The notes under the pieces were generated by a model, which made no database searches, was not told where the DNA came from, and was given only the letters and a program-made list of their open reading frames with translations. From a virus: DNA of 64,000 bases. The DNA is taken from the IMG/VR virus record IMGVR_UViG_3300030107_004732, positions 1 through 64,000 of that record; one strand, 5' to 3'. Positions 47,801-57,800 of the stretch are shown one piece after another; position 1 is the first letter of the stretch; the number at the start of each line of letters is the position of its first letter. The position numbers were made by a program, and so were the translations under genes.

Positions 47801-50792
47801 ATATTTTACCAATTAAATCTTTAGCAACAATACCATCATGCTTACCAGAAAAATCTCCCCATAAAGGACTTTCTAAATCAGTCATTTTGTTATGAATCTG
47901 CCTTACTCCTCTATAGAAATTCTGATGAATAATTAAATCCATCAAATACCCTTCTTCCATTAAACCATAAGCTCTTCCAACTTCAGGGCCTTGTCTAGTA
48001 CCATTAATTAATTCATCTATTTTAGTATCAAAAGATTCAACTTTTTCTTTTAATCCTTCAAAATCTTTGTTTTTAACTTGTAAAGGTTTAGGGTGTCTTT
48101 CATTATATTTTAATTGCCTTCCATTTAAAGTCTTTACAATTCTGTTGTATTTGTCTAATATTATTCTATTAGAATCAGTAAGAGGCTCACCAGCCTGTAT
48201 TTTGATTGGTAAAAAATCAGGTAACAATTGTTTTCCTGAAGCAGTTTTTCCAGGCTCTTGAAGCATTCTATCGTAATTACCACCTAAGTGATTGTAAATT
48301 TCACTAGCAGCTAAAACGTGATGATTTACAACATCTTTCATAGCTGAATCAGCAGCATCAAATATTATATCATCTAAATGATTAGGGTTTCTTATTCCGC
48401 CTGTTGCCGCTTTAAAATTTGTTTCTGCTAATTTCGCTTCTAAAGCTTTTACTTCTTTTACGGTAAGTTCTGTTGCTCCACGCATTCTTTCACCGCTTCC
48501 AGACAAATAGCCATCAAATATCTGTTGAACTGAATCATACAAAGGATGTTCACCTTCTGCAGGACCCTTTTTGTTAGTTTTAATAGCAGAGCCATCGTCT
48601 TTTACTACCAAACCTTGATCTCTTAATATTTTAACAAGACCTTGAACATCTTCATTCATTTCTAAGTTTCTTAAATGCTTTCTTTCTAAGATTCCAGCAT
48701 TATATAAAGCTTGAGCATTATATATTTTAGGATTAACGCCTAATAAATCTAAATAAGTATTAGCATCTATAAAGTCTTTACCTACATCTTTATGTCTTTC
48801 AGCAAAAAACGTTGAAACTTTTCCATCTTTAGAAACATAATCAACTCTTTTCCCTTGTTTTGTCATAAATGCACCTAACATAAAATTAAAAACTTTATCT
48901 TCTAATGGTACATTGTCATCAAAAACCACCTCATAATTAAACACCATTGATCCTGCTAACATTCTTGGTGTTGAGCCAATTAAGTCAGAAGTAGCTTCTT
49001 TAAAAAATTCATTCTTCCACCTAGCGCCCCAATTCTTTTCTAGGTTACTTAAAGCTGATTTTATCTTTTCAGCACCAGCTTTTGTTTGCCCTAATACTTT
49101 AATATCATCTAATGTTGTAAAAGTATCATCGCTCCATTTACTTTTATTTCCTACCTTTTTAAATAAAGATCTAGCCATAGTAACTAATTGATCTCTTTGT
49201 TTTTGAGTATCCGTTAAATAAGTAGAATAAGGTTGATGTTTTTTAGAAGCATTTTGCCAACCCTTAAGTATAGACCTTCCTATTTTAAAATCTTGCCCAT
49301 CTGGCATCTTTAAACCACCAGGAATCATCTTTGCTGCACCTAATGCATTACCTAATAAGAAAGCATGTTTCCATCTTCCTGTAAAATCAAACTCTCTTTC
49401 TTGGTCTAGCGCCTGAAAAAATTCCATAGGTGTTTCTACCATAGCAAACAATAAACCTTCTTCAATAGTATGTGAAGCTATAGTAGCTATTCTTCCAGCT
49501 CCTGGAGTTCCACCTAAAGCAATTGCAATTCTTTGCTGTAAATTAGTAATAGGTTGAACAGATTTATTGCTTAAACCTAACGCTTTATCTACAATATTTT
49601 TAATTTGAGCTATATTTTGATCAGTATCTCTTAAGCCGTATTTTTTTAATTGCTCTCTTATAACTCTGTTACTATTTTCATTCCAGCCTTTTATAAATAA
49701 GTCTTTACCTTTTTTACTAGCAATACTTTGAGCAATTGCTGTCATACCTTGTGAAGATGATACTCCTTCTCCATACAAGAAGTCCATAAATTTGTTCTGT
49801 TCTTTTAAAGGTAAATTTTGAAACTTTTTATAACCTTGTGCTTTTACGCCTGCTTGTTTTCCTAAAAATTCTGCACCTTCTTGAGCAACTTTTTTAGCAA
49901 CAGCATTAGCTCCATACTTACTTAATCCTTTTATTCCTGCAGTAACTGCTGCTTTAGTGCCTCCAAAAGGTACTAAAAATCCAGCAAAACCACCAAGTCC
50001 AGCACCTACTCTACCTGCAAATGTTTCTGGCATATACTCACCAGGTTTGTCGCCATATTCTTTACCAAACACAGCTTCATCTACATCTAAATAATCTAAT
50101 AATCCAAAGGTTGATAAGTCAGCAGCGTTCCAAAGAAAATTACCTACAAAATCAGCAGCAGAACTTCTAGGTTCTGTATATCCAGCTGGTTTATATCTAG
50201 AAGCAATATCAGAAATAGCACTTAAACTAGACTGTAAATCTGAAGTAGGGGCAACTTGAGGCATATTATTTGTGTAATCGCTAATAGCTCTAGAAATATC
50301 TCCACCATAATTTCTTACAACTTGTGGATCTGAACTTCCAGAATATTCTTGAGCAAACGCTTCGCCAAATCCATTATCATTAGGTCTTAATCCAGTTTTT
50401 TTAACAACATTATTGATTACTTGATTAGTTATGAATATTGAAGCTTTTTCACCTTGTTCAAAAGTATCATATTTAGCTGTCCAATATTGACCAGATCCAC
50501 CCTCTCTATTAGGCCCAACAAAAGATTCTCCCTTTTTTGCTCCAAAATTTTCTTCAAGCTCTGGAGTCCAAATATGTCCACCTGGGTTATTATGAGATTG
50601 AGAACGTGTGCTGTCTTTATATTCCCATTTTTGTATAACATTAAAAATCTCTCCACCTAAATCACTTTGCATTATAGGTTGAGTATATCGTTTATCTTCT
50701 TGCACAGACATATAATCTAGTATCTGCTGATCAGACCAGTTTATACCTCTTTTTGCAAGACTTTCTTTGAATAGTTGAAAATCTGCGGACAT
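41814..50792 (-). CDS. Virion RNA polymerase (single-subunit double-psi beta-barrel, crAss-type) with N-terminal lysozyme-like domain, 2992 aa
   Basis: RRNPHTRP...RHEGDFDVDKL (DxDxD at 44328-44342); GGIKP / IGKTAF..DP / FESATK segments; N-terminal HNNPGG...YDTFEQG. Confidence 0.8.
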   Translation of the reverse strand: MSADFQLFKESLAKRGINWSDQQILDYMSVQEDKRYTQPIMQSDLGGEIFNVIQKWEYKDSTRSQSHNNPGGHIWTPELEENFGAKKGESFVGPNREGGSGQYWTAKYDTFEQGEKASIFITNQVINNVVKKTGLRPNDNGFGEAFAQEYSGSSDPQVVRNYGGDISRAISDYTNNMPQVAPTSDLQSSLSAISDIASRYKPAGYTEPRSSAADFVGNFLWNAADLSTFGLLDYLDVDEAVFGKEYGDKPGEYMPETFAGRVGAGLGGFAGFLVPFGGTKAAVTAGIKGLSKYGANAVAKKVAQEGAEFLGKQAGVKAQGYKKFQNLPLKEQNKFMDFLYGEGVSSSQGMTAIAQSIASKKGKDLFIKGWNENSNRVIREQLKKYGLRDTDQNIAQIKNIVDKALGLSNKSVQPITNLQQRIAIALGGTPGAGRIATIASHTIEEGLLFAMVETPMEFFQALDQEREFDFTGRWKHAFLLGNALGAAKMIPGGLKMPDGQDFKIGRSILKGWQNASKKHQPYSTYLTDTQKQRDQLVTMARSLFKKVGNKSKWSDDTFTTLDDIKVLGQTKAGAEKIKSALSNLEKNWGARWKNEFFKEATSDLIGSTPRMLAGSMVFNYEVVFDDNVPLEDKVFNFMLGAFMTKQGKRVDYVSKDGKVSTFFAERHKDVGKDFIDANTYLDLLGVNPKIYNAQALYNAGILERKHLRNLEMNEDVQGLVKILRDQGLVVKDDGSAIKTNKKGPAEGEHPLYDSVQQIFDGYLSGSGERMRGATELTVKEVKALEAKLAETNFKAATGGIRNPNHLDDIIFDAADSAMKDVVNHHVLAASEIYNHLGGNYDRMLQEPGKTASGKQLLPDFLPIKIQAGEPLTDSNRIILDKYNRIVKTLNGRQLKYNERHPKPLQVKNKDFEGLKEKVESFDTKIDELINGTRQGPEVGRAYGLMEEGYLMDLIIHQNFYRGVRQIHNKMTDLESPLWGDFSGKHDGIVAKDLIGKIFIGNDSVLISEFSTKGLSGAEARFVNSLLSILRTDPNYEQRILDNTGSKVKFTQEQIRDIKELRRVFRNNGMETMFSTGDMTESNMFKAIYQERAMDQFFKGATKRDGSILNSTDRKVLSKLLDFKMLTPNMDMVELIGVINQMSSKVNNIDLKKLDLNSKNKMGKGWRVVIDTIFDKEPTMDKLFEQLSVELGIEKQFLAAELFRNYKDLISPYLVQMKDGKQTGFIKTTSTVASVTPSQLHEMISQLTAVRKDMNNMLHDNFLKQLGAIKNNSKFDSETREMIHYIYQMYGNKSVNSNEIIEALRKKGYYDIVKDELALDPLNKNLKKDMQEIYDKAKFDIAQGVEIANLESQVNYYRSAMGKASDIDMYQSVTRDAFKQKYGLEKDYEFTKNTTREQLINDAILYDKNNKELKFEDMDSNQQFELMNDVQQLILGSRSQINVHRLSVSEGYGVHTDFRHTVMDNHVFREIIDIFGKDSFSIVDMVVAGKNNKLINARDNANMMNEIINRVALSKTSIDKNLRTDEWGVLAHENTGGHIMIRLADLSWGIGVKRENIPKILEKFEKKLEKWKKDNPDVPNSVFESLEGLLKSSTKSKKEILNEKNEGTGKFEYEWDLPDATIQSERLQTMFTFMFMDKNMGKNFWEHMKTEGAEATAKYAGRLRLLANTAMKEMSTDYIKETFEFYNNHNISKKQNPEMMKGLERIKKNGGLEIIVVADEMFKNGELKKGRSANILQELKEQIDSELKYDSKIVNEFGEGGRTWAGGGEVSKYDSYMAVSTEAMQGLYALAGAANTPGLGGIKPIVHRVGNNVIIGKTAFIADPRLNPMLKKNGLDAVMFESATKIKNREKIFEDWETFDDLINLNLKGSSKKIKDFREAHLELLKGEDISIGSIVNADHSATISHSALNHLSGSASNKAFNWLLRGSLENLIKESDKKFDSNNLVDGLAYSKYLMENMKVQDNASSYNRWIKNNGLPQISTFANQFRNQLKSNLIDKPGILSMKTELGGQSVVSPGEKLLYTTFREMDNGSREVNTYGEAELPYRAGQKEVDLGNLHFIKRNPKGQDDLIDLKQFIKETGNESIVKGDKLSDVVKKIEGNKNYQVMANFRRNPHTRPGDVSAIGVKKILTEDYGNQVKLNAYDFAMRHEGDFDVDKLDFWWNAPTEVVREWNALSGRVIRVNPDGVNQKTSLPKNLSFLDASSMNKFYASDYAAQRLRGVIVKTPRILNALKHYNSGGVFNPETKSDFAGFAMRLRNADGGGKLYVDPVKIEKTIDKLATDIQNITDSRQGYNAEKYNDMWFDRVLFGDSEHGYSGIFSKAIYNDSGKFKNKWLPEDTGHTFTNAEKAVIKAVIAPYQHLLGLATGKFSSGKREKISYDDIITQTTTFDNQMANLSQYAYWKAMKTKGLSKQDKGEVNRMFRDNQNNIVNIFGNYGNSIRPNFARDNKATTQWMDNQLPFERAMSVVSYHDNMRLQNPGRIGGEMLTEFKKFSEKGMYSEDFSTVASEFMKELNQNNKYLNYVNYLDYRIRSQQKARFNAYGKGDKQYIEYLTEDIFQLKNQKREIEKQMVLSGSGQSVPWAKGIREASKRKLIDDMIKDRKAPKGWAEGPLPDSFDYATVSSWAKRNDNALNKYISKNNVVRVEGVSSVDQIERLIWFNAFDRYNKIFINENITNKELSKQFEKDVKDFKKFYRETWKKNFNGQEWYMDNTRSNTVIMDRLERLYTKYQSEGGYGQLLLWKLMSPEVEPFKFTYLHDRLTPSFKKESLSMIRLGLNFISSADSKLITEFQKDMIFTHLSGHVNNSLRAVYGLPGERGTIVHNTMTNAANAKHDIFRGFPLVDDIAQFSFESWSPSFQQRHINPGVSSLFGFENANKNVAYYMSSQPLLPSFASEMAKASFLHYMPVGYIPEFVGATKYGAINGGQSYLKAVENGYQIMLGDASKQNLTYGGPRKVPQRAPYENLPVDPPAGGAERLKNITNSKVGGRVDGC

Positions 50793-52649
50793 TTATCCCT
50801 CTAATATTTTTTGTATATCTAACTTTTTAGCCAGCACTTCGCCTTGCTTTGCTCTAGCTTGATTTATAGATTCAATCCATTGATTGTATTCTTCAAAAGC
50901 TTTTCTTACTTTAGGAATTTCACTTGCTACACCAGAAGCGCCTTGTGGAAATAGTTGTGCTAAAAGACCAACCATTGGAATGTATTCTAAAAAACTATTA
51001 GGAACATTAGGATTTAATCTTCTAGCCTGCATTTTTATAAACCTTTCAGATATTCTTTCTAATTCTGTGTCAGTAGGAATATAATTATGTGGTCGACTAC
51101 CTGCTATACCTTTTACAGCATTATCTCCCCAAGGAAAAGGAGTACCTTGACCAAAATTAGCGGCAGCAAACTTATCTAACCCCCGTCTAACTTCTTCTTT
51201 AAGAGCTCTATCTTCATCTATTAAAGCATCTCTTTCAGCTACTTCTGTTTCTAGCTGTCCAAGTCCTTCCATAATCGAATCAACATTTAATGCTTTAGGA
51301 TCGGTTTCAGTATTTTCTTCTTGTGAAATTCTTAGATGTTCTAACCAAGCTTCATATGCAGGATTGGTTTCATTATTAAAATCTATAAATCTTTGTCCTT
51401 CTCTATCTATAAACTCTAAACTATCGTTAATAGCGTTATACCCAAAACCTTCAGCTAATAAAGCTTCTGCATTATTTGCATTTATCGTACCCAAAGAAGA
51501 TATTACATTATCTTTTGCCGCATCTATACCAGTTGCAAGTTCTAGTAAATCTATATCGTAATTACCCCCCATATCTCTAGCTAAAACACCTGCTTGTTGA
51601 TATTGTGTTACTCTATTATGTAATCCAGCATAAATTGGATCTCCCACCCATTGACCATCTTCATCAACTAAAGAAGGATCAAATACTGTTAAATATTGTT
51701 TTAAATCACCATAAGCAGAAGATAATAAAGAAACAAATCCATCATAAGGGCCAGCTACTCCATCAATAGTATCTCTTTCAATGTAGTTAGCTATTCCAGA
51801 ACCTAATGCTGTAGATATATCTGGAAAATTAGTTTGTATTGCAATATTTAAATTATTCCATTCTTCAGTAGCAACATCTACTTGATCTTTATCGCCTTTT
51901 AAATTATTTTTTATTACTGCTAATTTAGAGAAAATAGGTGAAGAATTTGTCACTTGAGCAATAATACTAGGACCTAAGTCCATTGTAGCTATATTAATCT
52001 CTTTAGTTGCTCTTTCTAAATCTAAGTTTGCTAAATGTATATGACTTTCTTTTAATTTAGCTGCAGCCCCAGCTCTGTTTAAAGCAAATTCATAAGTATT
52101 AAAAGTATCAAAACCTTCAATAAATCCTGGCATATTAGCCAAATTAGGATCAACTCCTAGCTGTTCAAAACTTTGAAACAATTTAGTTTTTTCATCTTCG
52201 CTATATCTAAAAGGATTTACACCTGTTTCTCCTTTAGTAAATGCACCAACATCTGTAATGCCATCACCATCAATATCTGCACCTGCAGCATAAGTTTCAG
52301 CTATTCTTTGACCTGTAGCAAAAGAGCTTTTAACATTACTTAAATTATTTAAGTTTACTGAAGATTGAGCATAAAGTGCATTTAAAGTATCAAGCAAAGG
52401 TTGATTTCCTGCGCTATTTACTATATCTACATAATTACTGCTTCTATATTCTTCAGGTAAATTTACGCCAGCATCTAACAGTTGATTTCTGTATTCATTT
52501 TCAAGATTCATTTGATTTTGAAATAAAGAAGCAACTATTTGTTGTTTTTGCATTAAATCATTTTCTTTTCTTTGAAAATAATGATCAAAAACTTTATTGC
52601 TTAAACTATCTAAGGCTTCCCCTATTGCTTGTTTAGCTGCTGCGCTCAT
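50793..52649 (-). CDS. Internal virion / ejection protein, 618 aa
   Basis: Directly upstream of the vRNAP; helical and acidic. Confidence 0.55.
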   Translation of the reverse strand: MSAAAKQAIGEALDSLSNKVFDHYFQRKENDLMQKQQIVASLFQNQMNLENEYRNQLLDAGVNLPEEYRSSNYVDIVNSAGNQPLLDTLNALYAQSSVNLNNLSNVKSSFATGQRIAETYAAGADIDGDGITDVGAFTKGETGVNPFRYSEDEKTKLFQSFEQLGVDPNLANMPGFIEGFDTFNTYEFALNRAGAAAKLKESHIHLANLDLERATKEINIATMDLGPSIIAQVTNSSPIFSKLAVIKNNLKGDKDQVDVATEEWNNLNIAIQTNFPDISTALGSGIANYIERDTIDGVAGPYDGFVSLLSSAYGDLKQYLTVFDPSLVDEDGQWVGDPIYAGLHNRVTQYQQAGVLARDMGGNYDIDLLELATGIDAAKDNVISSLGTINANNAEALLAEGFGYNAINDSLEFIDREGQRFIDFNNETNPAYEAWLEHLRISQEENTETDPKALNVDSIMEGLGQLETEVAERDALIDEDRALKEEVRRGLDKFAAANFGQGTPFPWGDNAVKGIAGSRPHNYIPTDTELERISERFIKMQARRLNPNVPNSFLEYIPMVGLLAQLFPQGASGVASEIPKVRKAFEEYNQWIESINQARAKQGEVLAKKLDIQKILEG

Positions 52650-52669
52650 TTACTACCTTTCTATCCTTA

Positions 52670-53452
52670 CTATGCTTGGTCTGGATCTAGCAGACCTGGG
52701 TCTTGTTCTGCTATCTCCATTATACTACCATAAAAATTTCTTTTGTAAGCTTCTCTAAGATTAGATATACCCATATCTTCTGCTAGGTTTGCTTTTTTAA
52801 TTTGTAAATCTAAACCTTGTTTAACATCCCCCCATATATTTTTTGCTCTTCCTGAATCTAAATTTAAACGTCCAATACTTGATTGAGTTTTCATAAGCGT
52901 ATCTCCAAATTGAGATGTAAAGTTTTCTATATCAAGTTTAGTATCTTGTTTTAAATAACCTTCTTTTTTTGCATCGTAAGGACTAACATATTTAGAATAT
53001 TTATCTTTCCAAGGTTGATATTCTTCATATACTTCAATCCAAAGGTCCGAAATATTATCCATATCATGCATAATTCCGTGATTTATCTGGTCTTCCAACT
53101 TAAGACCCAAAGCATATAACACTGAATCGCCATGACTATCAAGATCTAACAACATATCTCTTGCTGTTTCCATATCTGAATTATATATTTGTGCAAAGAA
53201 GTCAGAATCTTCTCCTAGAACCTGAGATAATTCTTCATAATAACTTGAAGGAGTTTGAACCCATTCACATTCACCGTTTTCACAAATCTGTACGCCGTTA
53301 GCCATAACCTGCGTCCAATGATCTTCAGTTCCACTGTTTGGGTTTCCATAATCTCCAAGATACCAATATTCATCTGCTACACTCGATGTATAATCTGAAA
53401 CTTCGAAAACACTTTCCCATAAATCTTCCATAAAATCAAAATTTTCGTCCAT
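52670..53452 (-). CDS. Acidic hypothetical virion protein, 260 aa
   Basis: ORF in the ejected-protein operon. Confidence 0.6.
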   Translation of the reverse strand: MDENFDFMEDLWESVFEVSDYTSSVADEYWYLGDYGNPNSGTEDHWTQVMANGVQICENGECEWVQTPSSYYEELSQVLGEDSDFFAQIYNSDMETARDMLLDLDSHGDSVLYALGLKLEDQINHGIMHDMDNISDLWIEVYEEYQPWKDKYSKYVSPYDAKKEGYLKQDTKLDIENFTSQFGDTLMKTQSSIGRLNLDSGRAKNIWGDVKQGLDLQIKKANLAEDMGISNLREAYKRNFYGSIMEIAEQDPGLLDPDQA

Positions 53453-53460
53453 AAATCTCC

Positions 53461-53958
53461 TTAATCAGGGTCTTCGCTAAATGCGCCCATTGACATTAAA
53501 TTAGTAAACATATCAAGATAACTTTGTCCATAATTAGCCCAAGCAGATTCTTGACTTCTTTGAAACTTTGTATTTATAGGTTGATAACCTGCATTGTAAT
53601 CTTCAACAAAATTTGAATCACCACCCATGCTACTTGTAGTGCCTATATTAGCTGCTTCAGCAAATCCTGTTGCACCCATTTTTTCTTCTGGAGGCATAAA
53701 TCCTAATTGAAATTCTTCAGTTTCAAGATCTCTTAACTGTTCAATAAAATCAAAACTTTCTTGATCCCATGTACTTCCAATATTTTCTACAAAAGAACCA
53801 TATTCCATCCACCAAACATCAGGATCATCAGTCCAAGAATCTTCAAGCCACCCCTGTTCAGTTAGAAAGTTCGTAAAATAATCTTGTATACTTCCACCAC
53901 TTCGTTCCCAAGAATAAAGTTCTTCACCTATAGTAGCTGCATCATAACCATTTGACAT
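53461..53958 (-). CDS. Acidic hypothetical virion protein, 165 aa
   Basis: TAATG-coupled. Confidence 0.6.
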   Translation of the reverse strand: MSNGYDAATIGEELYSWERSGGSIQDYFTNFLTEQGWLEDSWTDDPDVWWMEYGSFVENIGSTWDQESFDFIEQLRDLETEEFQLGFMPPEEKMGATGFAEAANIGTTSSMGGDSNFVEDYNAGYQPINTKFQRSQESAWANYGQSYLDMFTNLMSMGAFSEDPD

Positions 53959-54734
53959 TAATTATTTTCCCTTTGAAAATTTAATAAATCATATAAAGTT
54001 TTACCTTTTTCATATCCTGGCATCACTTCTTCAAATAAGCTTTGTCTCCAAACCTTCCCTTCTTTAGAAAAAAAGCCTGGAGTTGAAATTTCTCCAGTTA
54101 TAGGATCAAACATTCTTCCAGTAGATAAAGTTTGAGGATCCCATCCATAACCTGCCATAGGAGTTAGATCTGTATTTAAACCCATACCTGCTAATTCTTG
54201 TTCTGAAACATGAAAACCTGCCTCATCATAAACAACTCCATCTTCAATAGTCCAATCTGCAATAGATTGCCCAGCAGTTTCAGCGCCTTCTCGTATTGCT
54301 ACATCAGTAGCGTACTTTCCCGCACTATATAGACTGGTTACAATACTAAAAAGATCAGTCCCAATGCCAATAAGATTTGCTGTTTTTTCACCTTCAAGCC
54401 TAGCTTCTTCATCATCAAGCATCTTCTGGCCTTCTACTTTATTCCATCTACCATAACCAATATCAGGTGTATCGTAACCTGGTTCGTAACCCGTCCATTC
54501 TGTAACTTCTTGTCCAACTCTGTTTCCAGCAGTATAAGCTGCAGAAGCTAAGTAAGGGTTACCTGTGGCCATAAAAGTTCCAACACCTGCAACAATACCA
54601 GTAATTGACCCCCAAAAACTTTGATTAGCAGCATCAGCAGCTATTCTTTCTTGGTATTCTTTCCACTCTTGATATTCATCCCAAGCTTCAACTTGTTGAT
54701 CTTTTAGTAAACTTATATATGCTAAATTACTCAT
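53958..54734 (-). CDS. Probable DNA ejection/pilot protein
   Basis: Gly/Ala-rich hydrophobic segments (FWGSITGIVAGVGTFMATGNPYLASAAY); first gene of the operon. Confidence 0.5.
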   Translation of the reverse strand: MSNLAYISLLKDQQVEAWDEYQEWKEYQERIAADAANQSFWGSITGIVAGVGTFMATGNPYLASAAYTAGNRVGQEVTEWTGYEPGYDTPDIGYGRWNKVEGQKMLDDEEARLEGEKTANLIGIGTDLFSIVTSLYSAGKYATDVAIREGAETAGQSIADWTIEDGVVYDEAGFHVSEQELAGMGLNTDLTPMAGYGWDPQTLSTGRMFDPITGEISTPGFFSKEGKVWRQSLFEEVMPGYEKGKTLYDLLNFQRENN

Positions 54735-54757
54735 AACTAATTCCTTTTCATCAAGTT

Positions 54758-54786
54758 AATTTATTAAATGGTTTTTTAAAAAACAA
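54758..54786 (-). promoter_or_regulatory. Sigma70-type late promoter of the ejected-protein/vRNAP operon
   Basis: TTGTTT-N17-TAAATT; near copy of 24993-25021. Confidence 0.65.
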
Positions 54787-54818
54787 CAACTTTTTTTTCT
54801 TTATTATCTTGTTACCAT

Positions 54819-57800
54819 TTATCCTGAATCTGCGTTTCCAGTTGGATTACTTAATGAATACCAATTTGTTCCATTACAATAAAGTGTATATCCACCATAA
54901 CCTACAACTCTTTCATCAGACCCTGTTGTTAAAAAAATCTTTTGATGTGTTCCTACTGCAGGACTTTCATTGTGTTCTAATTGTATAAAGTTTGTAGTAT
55001 CTGTTTTAACTATATATAAAATCTGTCCTGCTACACCACCACTAAATCCACCTATAGTTACATTATTACTTGAAGTATCTACTTCTAATACTGTAGTATC
55101 TGATACATCAATACTATCTGTAGGCCCTGCAGTACTAAATACAGTATGTTTATACGACACAGTACCTTCTACGTCAAGTGTAGTAGTAGGAGCAGTAAGA
55201 CCTATACCTATTTTACCATTAGAATCTATATTTAAATTTCCTGCGTGTGTTGTGTTATTAGCACCTAATGATAAAGTTGAGTTATTTGATACTATATGAT
55301 TAGTAGTATCATCATCTTGTATTTGTATTCTTGCTGTACTATCTGAACTTTTAAATATTGCTACTGTATCAGATGTACTTGAATCAACGTGTAATTTTAC
55401 TGAAGGACTTGTAGTACCTATACCTACATTACCTGCATTTATAAAGTTATCTGTTCCATCTGTATATAAGGATACTTTTAAAGTACCACCATCATACATA
55501 TGTAATCTACCACCATCAGTAGACTTTTCGCCAATCTGTACAACAGGATTTGTATTAGAATTATCCATAAGAGTAAATCCACTATTGGCTGAACTTGTGC
55601 TATTAGATTTAATAGTTAATGGAGCAACAGTAGTTGTAGTACCTATACCTACATTACCATCAACGTGTAAATATCCATTTGCTTGTATATTACCTGAACT
55701 ATCTAATGTAGAACCTGAAGAACCATATCCACCCCCTACATTTAAATATGTGCCAGTTATATTAGTAATACCACTAACATCTAATCTTCCTGACATTTTT
55801 ACTTTTTCAGAAGAGTTTGTAGTTACTATTTCTAGTATTCCAGCTTTACCAGAAGAATCAAATGATAAAGCACTTGCATTATTATCTGTTAAATCAATAT
55901 CAATAGCAGCATTAGTTAAATCTATATCACCATCATTTCTAAAACCCCCTTGGATTTGAACAGTACCAGTCATAGTAACATCATCTAAATTAGATGTTCC
56001 ATCAATATCAATGTCTCCACTAAAATCACCATCTACTGCTTTTACATTACCATCTACATGAAGTGTTTCAGTAGGATTAGTAAGTCCAATACCTACATTT
56101 TGTGTTGAATGAGCAATAACTAAAGCTGGAGTATGACTATCAGATACGTCTTCAATTCCCCAGTAACTTGCAGGTATATTTGAATTTGTTGAACTTCCTC
56201 CGCCTACTCCTGCTCTCCAACTATAGGATGTACCTCTTTGGTATCTTATAGTACCACCATAACTAGCGTGACCTTCAACCAATATAGCTTCACCATCAGC
56301 ATTGTCTCCATCTAAATGAAGAAGATGAGTAGGACTTGTTGTGCCTATACCAACCGTTCCATCTGTATTTAACGTAACTAAACTATCGGTTCCACCAGCA
56401 CCAAAGTACAATTTTTTTGTTGAAGCTGCCTTGAGATACATATGTCCAGCACTTGTAATGTTTGTGTTATCTCCTCCATTAAAATTAAGTTCTGTAGCAG
56501 AATCACTTGTAATGTTTATACCACTACCTGATAAGTTTAATTTACCTGCATTTATAGTTGCGTCTGAAGGATTATAAGTAAAGTTACCATCTGATTCTAA
56601 ACCTAAATTACCACCATCTGTATCTGCACCTGCTGCAAATATAATAGCATTGTTTTCATCTGTGCTTTCATTATCTGTAATAGTTACTGTTGTAGCTATT
56701 GCTGCTGTACCTGTAGTGTCTTGGTTAAGAGTGGCTACATATGAAGCTCCTATTGCAGTTCCTTGCCAAACTCCTGTACTTATTGTACCTACGCTTGTAA
56801 GTGAAGAATTAAGTACACCACTACCTAATGTAGTAGCACTTAATACTGAACTTGCATTTATTTTATAACTATGTCCTGTTGGTATATTGACATCTCCATA
56901 TCCATCTGCATTTCTATCCCAATCAGTAGTCCATGGTCCTGTATTTCTATCACTTACATAGGTATTTAGTATACCAATATTTTTAATATTAACTCTATCG
57001 TTACCACCTGCAGAGGCATCCCAAGCAGGAAATTCTATTGTTATTCTAACGTGAGTATCATTACTGTGAACACCGCTATTTTTATAATACATTAAAAGAC
57101 CCCATTGGTCTGATATTCCTGTAGTATGCCAATCTGTTGAAAAAGGTGTATGTGTAGTCCAATCGTTAGCACTATCATCACTATCATTAAAAGTTCCATC
57201 AAGCATTTCTACAGTCATAGTAGGACACATAGAGCCACCTGCAGAACTACCAGATGAATATGATGTAGAAGACCAAGTTGTGTCTACATAAAAGCATTGG
57301 TCGTCTGCCCAAGTAGATTCTCTTTCTATAACAAATCTAAATTTTCTCCACTCATCATCTAACTGCCAAGCAGTATTTCTTTCTCCATCTAATGTATTTT
57401 TAAGTCCTGTTAAATTAGTAGTAGGATTATTTTCACTTGTTGTTCCTGATATAGCATCTACCCAAGCACTGCCATTCCATCTTTCTAATGTTAATGGTGT
57501 TTGATGTCTAATTAAATCTTGATGTGATGTTCTTAACATATGTGTTAAGCCCATTTTACCAAAACTACCAAAATATCCATGGTCATTTTCCATTTCAAGA
57601 CCACCAACAGGCATATTCATTCTACCGTTATCACCTATTTTTAATCTAAAAGTAGTTTGATTACTGTCGGCTATAGTAAGGCATTTATCACCTACATCAA
57701 GGTCAAGTATATTATTACTTGCATTATCTCTCCAGCCAAAATTAATATCTGCATCTGATGTTTTCCAGACAAAAGTATTTCCTGTTAAACCTACTTCAGT

